DNA from: a virus
Taxonomy: Duplodnaviria > Caudoviricetes
Reading direction: 5' to 3' (one strand)
IMG/VR virus record: IMGVR_UViG_3300037634_000677
Coordinates: 1 to 31,085 of that record
Length of the DNA stretch: 31,085 bases
In this document: one piece after another, positions 25,001 through 31,085 of the stretch
Numbering within the stretch: position 1 is the first letter of the stretch
Layout: the number at the start of each line of letters is the position of its first letter
Position numbers and translations under genes: made by a program
Notes under the pieces: model-generated
The model's input: the letters and a program-made list of their open reading frames with translations, nothing else
Told to the model about the DNA's origin: nothing
Databases searched by the model: none

Positions 25001-28000
25001 CGCCTGGCGTGCTCATAGTGTCATGTTCTCCCCAGAAGCCCGGAAAGCCTTGACAACCGAGACACGGGGCCAGAACTCGTGGGTCAACTACGGGCCTAAG
25101 GCACAAGATAACCAAGCGGCTATTAAAGCTGGGAGGGTTAGCGAGGACTTCACCTTCGCAGATCAGAAAGCTGGTCTACTCCCCGATGAGTTCCGCCAGC
25201 TTGACGAGGAAGTCAACCCTGACCTCCTTAAACAGGCCGACGGTGAAGTCACCCAAGGGGAGATCAAGTTTGAAGAGGATGGCCGAGCGGTCATCCGTAT
25301 ATTCAAAGAAGGCAACGTGTCTACTGTTGTGCACGAGTTTGCTCACCTGTACAGACGCAACCTCGAACGGCTGTCACCTGGGACACTCTCGGAGGCCAAC
25401 AAGGTCTTCGGAGTCGTTGATGGTAACTGGACGCGAGCAGACGACGAGAAGTTCGCCCGTGCCTTTGAACAATACCTGGCAGACGGTAAGGCCCCTACTG
25501 AGGGTATGAAGAGTCTGTTCAGTAAGTTCAAGGAGTGGATGGGTAAGATCTATGATGGGGCAGCTAAGAGTGCCCTCGGTGATGACATCTCTCCCGAGAT
25601 GCGTGACTTCTTCGACCGGATGCTCGGTAAACCAACCCGTGAACAGCGGGTCGTCAAGACCACTGCCAAGATCCGATCTAAGATTGCTGCTCGCATCTCC
25701 GACGAGCTTGCTAAGCAGCCTGTGGACCGTGGGGACTTCAGTGATCCCGCAGCCCTCATGATGGATGCTGTGGACGGTATTGACTTCAACCTGGACAAGG
25801 TCCTCACGGACATGGAGTCCAAGGATGTCTTCAACATCTTCTCCGAAGAGCTCGAGAAGCAATTCAAGAAACTCAACGGCGGGGTGGAGTCTCTCCAGAG
25901 GACCACTGAAAAGGCCTACAAGGTTCTGTCCGAGGACCTAGGGGTTCCTGAGAATGAACTCAAGAACAGCTACCGAGACCTTAGCAACAACATGGACAAC
26001 CTTGCGGCTCGTCTCCTTGCAGGGAAGATGATCCTCAAGACCCAGGCCGAGGCCGTGGCTGAGATGGGCCTGAAGATTGACCTCGGTGATGCCGGTCCAC
26101 GCCAGCTCGCTGAGTTCAACCTGATGATTGAAGAGATGGCAGAGATGCAGGGTCTCCTCAAGAACATTCAGACCCAAGCAGCCCGGGCTACCTCGGCGGG
26201 TCGTATCGAGGTTACCTCCTCCCTGACCCGACAACAACTCGAAGAGTGGGTTGATAAGGCAGGCGGCTCCAAGCGTATCCATGACGTAGCGAAACAAGTC
26301 ACCCTCGCTGGTGACGACTTCCGTAAGATCCGTCAGATCACTGAGAGTCGATGGGATAAGAGAGCCCGTAGGTGGTTTAACATCCACAACGAGGGCTGGA
26401 TCAACGCGATCCTATCGGGTCCTGTCACCCATGTGGTGAACATGCTGTCTACAGCAGCTCACGGGGTCGTCAGGCCTCTAGAGAAGACCATCGGTGGGGC
26501 GGCTACCCTCAACGGTAAGGTTGCACGGGAAGGGGTCGATGAGATCATTGGCCTCGCCTACAACCTTACCCAGACCTTGGGCGTCTACCGTATGACTCTC
26601 AAGGCGGCTAAGGAAGGGAACACCATCCTTGACCCAGGTAATACTACCTATGACGCGGTCCAAGGAGCCATCGCCAACAAGCACTCCACCCACGACTTCA
26701 ATGAAGCGTTCTTCAAGCAACCCCTTGGGGCCTTGAAGGGGGAGGTCAGCTTCGGCCAGGCTGCGTTGGACTTCGTAGGTAATGGTGTGCGTCTCCCTGG
26801 TCGTCTCCTGACGGCGGGTGACGAGTTCAACAAGCAGTTGTTCTATCGCTCCAACCTGTTCGCCAAGGGCCTAGCAGAAGCTCGGTCCCGGGGCCTCAGC
26901 TCCGCAACAGAAAGGGCCAACTATGCCATTAAATACATTGACTCTCGCATCAGCGAGGGCGGTCGGGCCACTGACATGGACTCTCTGTACTACAGTCAAG
27001 AGAGCACGTTCACTAACCCCTTGGATTATGGGCTAGGTAAGACTCTACAAGGGGCCGCGAACAGGCACCCCTACCTGCGTCCTATCCTGCCCTTTGTCCG
27101 CACCCCCACTAACATTGTGCGTCAGCTCTGGCGACACACCCCGGGACTAGGCTTCATCCAGAAGCAGCTCCGGGAGGACCTGAAGAGTGGGGACCCTCGG
27201 CGGAAGTCTCTGGCTATCGGGCAGCAGGTGGTAGGTTCCACTCTCTTCCTTACGGGATTCATGGCAGCAGCAAGCGGTAAGATCACTGGTGGGGGTCCCT
27301 CGGACTCCAAGCGACGTGCTCTACTCCGTCAGACTGGCTGGCAACCCTACTCCATCGTCACCACCGACGAGAACGGTAAGAAGGTCTACACCTCCTACCA
27401 GCGTATGGACCCCTGGGCCTCGGCCCTCGGACTCATGGCGGACGTCCATGACGTCAGTCGCAACGCAGATCCTGGGGACGCCAGTGACCTTGTCCAGGGT
27501 ACTATGGTTGCCTTGGCTAAGAACGTGACCAACAAGACCTACCTCCGAGGTGTGTCTGAAGCTCTCGGGGCCATAATGGACCCTGAACGTAACATGAAGC
27601 ACTGGTGGCGTCAGCAGATTGGAAGCTACGTGCCGAACTTCGCTAATCAATTCAATCCAGATGACACTCTACGTGAAGTGCGTAGCGTGCTGGATGCAGT
27701 GAAGAAGCGTACCCCTTGGTTCTCGGAGACCTTGGACCCTAAGAGGAACACCTTCGGGGAGCCCATCCTTTATGGAGGTGCTCTCGGAGAGGAGCTAGGG
27801 GTTGGAGCCTTGTCTCCCTTCTACCGCTCTAAGGGTCTAGACTCCCCCATCCGACAGGAGATGGTGGACCTGAACATGCCAATGTCCTTCCGGAAGTCGA
27901 TGGTCCAGCCGGGCCTCGACCTGGCTCAGTTCCGGCTGTCCCCTAACCAGTCTGCCCATGACCGCTGGCAGGAAATGGTCGGGGAGATCGAGGTGAACGG

Positions 28001-28250
28001 TAAGGGCCTGGAAGAGGTTCTGAACGGTATGATTAAGAGCGAGGCCTATCAGCGTCTGCCTATGGTTCCTATGGACGACTCGGGTATCAAGTCCCCTCGT
28101 GCATCAGCAATCAAGAAGGTGATAAACTCCTACAGAGAAGCTGCTCTAGTTCGCCTTCTCCGGGAGAACCCGGAGCTGAAGGAAATGTACCATGCAGCAG
28201 CTATAAATGCTAGACGAGTGAAGGTACTCGGGGCTCAAGCAGCCCAGTAA
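22086..28250 (+). CDS. gp16: Large internal virion (ejection) protein, gp16-like, polyvalent with inserted domains
   Basis: 2054 aa; C-terminal NAILSGPVTH, DEFNKQ, PFVRTPTNI, GWQPYS, YQRMDP motifs of gp16-like proteins; internal HDYFGH and HEFAH motifs. Confidence 0.88.
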   Translation: MTYQIPEEQLAAASNPLPQGTPRYQPADVDHGLLDYAKDFGRGVLRGGVGFGESLVELGDSTAELFGGDLFEGNDLTWKEDLLGENETWVGTLSEGITQFAIGFIPVAGVTSKIGKAAQFGKAGQYITTALGAGAVADFVAFNGHEGRLSDLIEQYPSLQNPISGWLASKEDDSEWEGRFKNALEGLALGPIADVALGGVKLLVGAKKAQAKGGDKAGEDYIKKHAPALLGAIEDPLTFKEARGQLLGLGMPKKEVDASMAIIQETAKSLGLKPDEYVGITMKRIERGVVKDPDALQQMAVEAFEGEVPVSVGPKENIFDFAKNLNDHLISTYGTRDIKPGTAQWEEAKGWAADEVRKQLQSGRDGTEWYQKSIDNQFHYLSYKHPELAENGPDRVLFSTFLSLTSPGRMPDANMKTAEAWYRIYKETGSIPEKNPYTGNNWDTVGPTGRVEAGNEFLRVFNSFGNPEDAQKFLFTPLPYETMLKEWAFRSGKDVAKLHGKRGSEIAHYLEGLEKITDGSNVSRKNVRHSDEVPPILMIGPKVGPFNLNQAGFHQYLTADKWYSRSFRRYFGKLFDERPNAQIAKDASVRLSRLISAGKIGKEDLSATLSALGVKRGNKLTKAAEKELKKQYEEYLENGASGNDSLDKVFNKVKATFTDIETPSSNLERGYMARFAAEVSEELGMTVSAFQANLWYFEQTLWAKAGTGRGVTGDFEDAARSLIEAGGYRPDVPGTASSEGVRNDAGGNPQVSRGDGSGTQQGGSAAADGGAGTGRGRGSDQRGSTHPGSESGSVTKAADRLATRAARVNRIGDEALEYAQQSGIEPLPLTRYADVDQERAERIAEAYENMKHAPEDPEVKAAYDALARETIAQYEFLKSKGYKFEWTTEPSTYADHKILLDELDKGKPMRVFLSEGGFGEDAGKYPGHPLLAPSGIVEDGKELLVNDLFRAVHDYFGHGKPGSSFGARGEENAWRAHSVMFSPEARKALTTETRGQNSWVNYGPKAQDNQAAIKAGRVSEDFTFADQKAGLLPDEFRQLDEEVNPDLLKQADGEVTQGEIKFEEDGRAVIRIFKEGNVSTVVHEFAHLYRRNLERLSPGTLSEANKVFGVVDGNWTRADDEKFARAFEQYLADGKAPTEGMKSLFSKFKEWMGKIYDGAAKSALGDDISPEMRDFFDRMLGKPTREQRVVKTTAKIRSKIAARISDELAKQPVDRGDFSDPAALMMDAVDGIDFNLDKVLTDMESKDVFNIFSEELEKQFKKLNGGVESLQRTTEKAYKVLSEDLGVPENELKNSYRDLSNNMDNLAARLLAGKMILKTQAEAVAEMGLKIDLGDAGPRQLAEFNLMIEEMAEMQGLLKNIQTQAARATSAGRIEVTSSLTRQQLEEWVDKAGGSKRIHDVAKQVTLAGDDFRKIRQITESRWDKRARRWFNIHNEGWINAILSGPVTHVVNMLSTAAHGVVRPLEKTIGGAATLNGKVAREGVDEIIGLAYNLTQTLGVYRMTLKAAKEGNTILDPGNTTYDAVQGAIANKHSTHDFNEAFFKQPLGALKGEVSFGQAALDFVGNGVRLPGRLLTAGDEFNKQLFYRSNLFAKGLAEARSRGLSSATERANYAIKYIDSRISEGGRATDMDSLYYSQESTFTNPLDYGLGKTLQGAANRHPYLRPILPFVRTPTNIVRQLWRHTPGLGFIQKQLREDLKSGDPRRKSLAIGQQVVGSTLFLTGFMAAASGKITGGGPSDSKRRALLRQTGWQPYSIVTTDENGKKVYTSYQRMDPWASALGLMADVHDVSRNADPGDASDLVQGTMVALAKNVTNKTYLRGVSEALGAIMDPERNMKHWWRQQIGSYVPNFANQFNPDDTLREVRSVLDAVKKRTPWFSETLDPKRNTFGEPILYGGALGEELGVGALSPFYRSKGLDSPIRQEMVDLNMPMSFRKSMVQPGLDLAQFRLSPNQSAHDRWQEMVGEIEVNGKGLEEVLNGMIKSEAYQRLPMVPMDDSGIKSPRASAIKKVINSYREAALVRLLRENPELKEMYHAAAINARRVKVLGAQAAQ
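24235..24558 (+). CDS. Candidate overprinted gene nested in the +1 frame of the gp16-like gene
   Basis: AGGAG at 24221-24225, 9 nt before ATG 24235 (alternative ATG 24277). Phage-preferred codons in this frame while the host frame reads as G/S/R low-complexity linker. Confidence 0.6.
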   Translation: MQQEASSKQADTGQMSQEQLLAKVSEMMLEGTLKSPEEMEAALNKVARRLRMEEQGPDEGEDLTNEDQLILARNLARSRRQQTGSQPEQQGSTESGTKPSSMPSNLE

Positions 28251-28272
28251 GACAATCTAAACAATCCAAAGG

Positions 28273-28300
28273 ACAGCCCCGTCGAAAGGCGGGGTTGTTT
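28273..28300 (+). terminator. GAAA hairpin after gp16 (terminator or RBS-bridging stem)
   Basis: ACAGCCCCGTC-GAAA-GGCGGGGTTGT followed by TTCATT. Confidence 0.6.
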
Positions 28301-28304
28301 CATT

Positions 28305-28517
28305 ATGAACGAAGAACAACTCGAGCGTCTCTTCACCAAGCTAGGGGAGATGCACAGTGATATTCAATCCTTAAAAACCAAACAGACCGAGGGTCATGAC
28401 GAGCGAGCCAAGCTCCGTGACGACCTCGACACCCTCCAACGAACTGTGTCCCGGGCGATAGGCCTGGGGCTAGGTGCGTGGGCCGTAGCAGTGGCCTGCA
28501 TCTCACTCTTCACCTGA
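28305..28517 (+). CDS. Coiled-coil protein with C-terminal transmembrane helix (holin-like)
   Basis: Heptad-like N-terminus; AIGLGLGAWAVAVACISLFT tail. Confidence 0.7.
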   Translation: MNEEQLERLFTKLGEMHSDIQSLKTKQTEGHDERAKLRDDLDTLQRTVSRAIGLGLGAWAVAVACISLFT

Positions 28518-28528
28518 CAAGGAACCCA

Positions 28529-28822
28529 ATGGCACTTAAAGAACTCTACAACAAAGCAGCAGCAGTCGAGGCGGGTACTTCGGTGTCCCTTCCCTCTATC
28601 CAAGGAAACCCTACGGGCCTCTTCCAGGTCAAGAATGCTGGCACAGCCACCGTGGTCCTTCAGGGCCGCCTGGTTGACGATGACGCCTTGGCTGACTGGG
28701 TGGACATCCACACCTTCACCGATGAATCCGGTGCTCAGCAGGTTGCTCTGTTCCCCTTTATGCGGGTGAACATTACAGCCCAGACTAGCACCCCGACTGT
28801 CTCTGCGTATGTCCATGCCTGA
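28529..28822 (+). CDS. Small beta-rich putative virion protein
   Basis: AAGGA RBS before ATG 28529; ATVVLQGRL...WVDI...PFMRVNIT. Confidence 0.75.
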   Translation: MALKELYNKAAAVEAGTSVSLPSIQGNPTGLFQVKNAGTATVVLQGRLVDDDALADWVDIHTFTDESGAQQVALFPFMRVNITAQTSTPTVSAYVHA

Positions 28823-30182
28823 TACATCACTAACCCCCGGTCAACAACTCGACGCTAACACCGACGCCATCGCCTTATTAAGGGCTAAGGTGCAGTCGTT
28901 GGCCGAGCAGGTGGCAGCGGACGGGGCAGCGATTGCGTCGAATACGGCGAGAATCGACGCACTGGAAGCGGGGAATGTGCCGGTCGAGCCGCCCGTCGTT
29001 GAACCCACGCCACCACCCGGCGAGGGCTTCACCGACCTAGGCACGCCCGACTACCTGCTGCCTCCAGCGTCAACCATTGGCACGCTACAAGCAGCCCTTG
29101 ACCAGTATCATCACGTCGCCATCCCAGCGGGCGATACGTTCACCGGGTCGCTCACGATCCAATCCGACCAGACCATCAGCGTCTACGGCGAGGGCGACCG
29201 GCCAGTGCTGAATGTCCCCGAAGGATCGCACGGCATTACGATCACCGCCAAGTTCGCCGACGTTGACATCCAAGGCATCGCCATCCTCGGCCCAGCCTTA
29301 CCCCACCTTGGCTCGGACCGCCACGGCATCCACCACAAGATCGGCAGCACCCGTGAGGGCGGCTTGAGCCTCCTGATCGAGGACTGTGAGATCGCCCGCT
29401 TCCGCGACCTGATCTATCTAGTCGATGATCGAAGCCGCACACAGGCTGTGCCTGGCCTTGAGGGGCGAATCACCGCCTCGATCCTCCGGAACATCCTGCA
29501 TGACGCCTTCGACCGCAGCAACCATAGTGCGGGCATCTACACCGAGGGTGTTAGACTAGCAGTTGCCAAGGGCAATGTCACCCAACACATCGGCTACACC
29601 GACGACGGAGCCGACCCCCGCGAGAAGCGTAGCCACGGCTGGTACGCCCAGCAATACGGCGGGTGGATTACTTCCTTGGATAATTGGTGGATTGACTGCT
29701 CGGCTAACTCGATCCAGGCTCGGCTAGGTGGCGAGGTACGGGGCGACGTGGCTGTTCGTTGCAGTGTCGGGTTCGTGAACGGCAGTGCGGGCAGCGACTC
29801 AACCTACGTCGGCAACCTCGTTATAGATCAAGTGGACATCTCTCCCGACGAACCACGGGGAGACGCCTTCCCAGTCAGCGGCAGCTGCCACATCATCAAA
29901 GACAACCTCGCTGTGCGCAAGCTCGGCAGCGCAACCAACCGCACGGCATACAGAGACTATTGGGATGCTGCCGAGTTCAGTAACAACGGCTCAGTGGGCT
30001 GGGTTCTTGGCGGCGACGACTCGGCCAACTGGTCGATGGAAGAAGTGCCGGACGACTTCCCTGACTTCACCGACGATCTACAGACAATGCTCCTGGCACG
30101 ACCTCGCGGCGTGTGGGGCGAGCAATACGAAACCGCGACATTTATCAAGGCGGCTCGATCCGCAGTAGGAACACAACCATGA
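28809..30182 (+). CDS. Tailspike-like protein: N-terminal coiled coil, Pro linker, parallel beta-helix (pectin-lyase-like)
   Basis: LQAALD...VAIPAGDTF, LLIEDCEI..F, ILRNILHD, HSAGIY repeats typical of right-handed beta-helices; start may be ATG 28815. Confidence 0.7.
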   Translation: MSMPDTSLTPGQQLDANTDAIALLRAKVQSLAEQVAADGAAIASNTARIDALEAGNVPVEPPVVEPTPPPGEGFTDLGTPDYLLPPASTIGTLQAALDQYHHVAIPAGDTFTGSLTIQSDQTISVYGEGDRPVLNVPEGSHGITITAKFADVDIQGIAILGPALPHLGSDRHGIHHKIGSTREGGLSLLIEDCEIARFRDLIYLVDDRSRTQAVPGLEGRITASILRNILHDAFDRSNHSAGIYTEGVRLAVAKGNVTQHIGYTDDGADPREKRSHGWYAQQYGGWITSLDNWWIDCSANSIQARLGGEVRGDVAVRCSVGFVNGSAGSDSTYVGNLVIDQVDISPDEPRGDAFPVSGSCHIIKDNLAVRKLGSATNRTAYRDYWDAAEFSNNGSVGWVLGGDDSANWSMEEVPDDFPDFTDDLQTMLLARPRGVWGEQYETATFIKAARSAVGTQP

Positions 30183-30466
30183 AACCCGATTCCATTCTCT
30201 CAGGCCAAGCCCGTATCGACGTCCTCAACCGCATCAAGGAAGTGGAAGCCCTCCGCGACCGGACGATCACCGAGGTGCAGCAGAAGGTCGGTGCGACCCT
30301 GCAAGGCGTTGCCGACATCACTGCTCTTGCTGCGGCTGCACCGGCTGGCACGTTCTCGGCTGAGGAAGTTGCTTACGCGACGGCGATCCTCGACGACCTC
30401 GACGCCTCTGTCGATTCGCTGTCTGCCACACTGAAAGCCTCTATCGCCGCTGCCAAGGGAGCGTAA
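30179..30466 (+). CDS. Small helical Ala-rich protein
   Basis: ATGA overlap, AGGA upstream; 95 aa. Confidence 0.7.
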   Translation: MKPDSILSGQARIDVLNRIKEVEALRDRTITEVQQKVGATLQGVADITALAAAAPAGTFSAEEVAYATAILDDLDASVDSLSATLKASIAAAKGA

Positions 30467-31085
30467 ATGCCGACCGAAGCCCTCACAACTAAAGCCATCG
30501 AGTTCGGTGCGATCCACGCCTATCAGTTTGATGAGGCGAGCGGTGATCTACTGGACTTCGTTGGCAGCAACGACGGGACGATTAGCGGCACGCCCGACCG
30601 CGAGTTGTCTGACGGCTACGGCAACGGGGCAAGTGCGTATGGCTTTGATGGGTCCACGGACTACATCGCGTTGGGGAGTAATATCCTTAACGGTGCGAGT
30701 GCGTACACGATTGAGTTCGTGTTCGTACACACAGCGGCCAGCTTCGACATTTTGTTGTATGAAATTGACGCTGGCGGCGACGGTGTTGGAGTTTATGTCG
30801 GGTCCGGTGGTAATTTAGTTCTGCTGCACAACGCAGGGTCGGTTCAATCGGCGTCGTCTGCTATCGACGAAAACCGGACGTATCACGTTGTCGCGTCTTG
30901 GGACGGGGCAACAATTCGACTGTACATTGATGGCGTCGAGGTCGATTCGGATTCCGTAGCGACACCTATTTCGACTTCGGCCTTGGCTCACATCGGTCGG
31001 TCTAGTATTTCGGCGGCGTCCTATTGGCAGGGTAACATCGCCCACCTCGCCATCTACGACTCGGCCTTGTCGCAGGCACAGATCA
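30467..31085 (+). CDS. LamG/concanavalin-A-like lectin domain protein (3' truncated; absent from the ORF track)
   Basis: My translation: AYQFDEASG...FDGSTDYI...YTIEF...YHVVASWDGATIRLYIDG...IG...WQGNIAHLAIYDSALSQAQI; GGGAG RBS; no stop before the window end. Confidence 0.9.
   Translation, partial: MPTEALTTKAIEFGAIHAYQFDEASGDLLDFVGSNDGTISGTPDRELSDGYGNGASAYGFDGSTDYIALGSNILNGASAYTIEFVFVHTAASFDILLYEIDAGGDGVGVYVGSGGNLVLLHNAGSVQSASSAIDENRTYHVVASWDGATIRLYIDGVEVDSDSVATPISTSALAHIGRSSISAASYWQGNIAHLAIYDSALSQAQI

Noticed and set aside
25186-25509. Other alternative-frame ORFs inside gp16 and other genes
   Set aside because: S/T/R-rich off-frame translations with no RBS, located where the main frame has normal codon bias, unlike 24235-24558.
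1-31085. tRNA, CRISPR array, integrase, terminase, DNA ligase
   Set aside because: None recognisable. Terminase and early genes probably lie outside the window, so absence here is not informative.

Overview
A 31-kb, all plus-strand segment of a T7-like podovirus (Autographiviridae-type). It runs from the C-terminal part of the single-subunit RNA polymerase, through the replication block (SSB, endonuclease I, gp3.5-like protein, primase-helicase, family A DNA polymerase, GIY-YIG/T5orf172 nuclease, exonuclease, two nucleotide-metabolism genes) and the virion block (portal, scaffold, major capsid, tail tubular A/B, internal virion proteins), into a compositionally distinct receptor-binding region (beta-helix and LamG-like proteins). 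Two copies of a T3-like phage promoter and several GAAA-tetraloop hairpins or terminators are visible. Main departures from the T7 plan: (1) the 2054-aa gp16-like ejection protein appears to carry two inserted enzyme-like cargo domains plus an HExxH domain, and a nested +1-frame gene with its own RBS lies in the linker directly after the first cargo, suggesting an injected effector with an overprinted antidote; (2) the tail nozzle (gp12) is split into two genes around a Cys-rich repeat module; (3) the T7-lysozyme homolog has lost most catalytic residues; (4) a holin-like/lipoprotein cassette sits between scaffold and capsid. All family assignments come from motifs recognised by eye; no searches were run.
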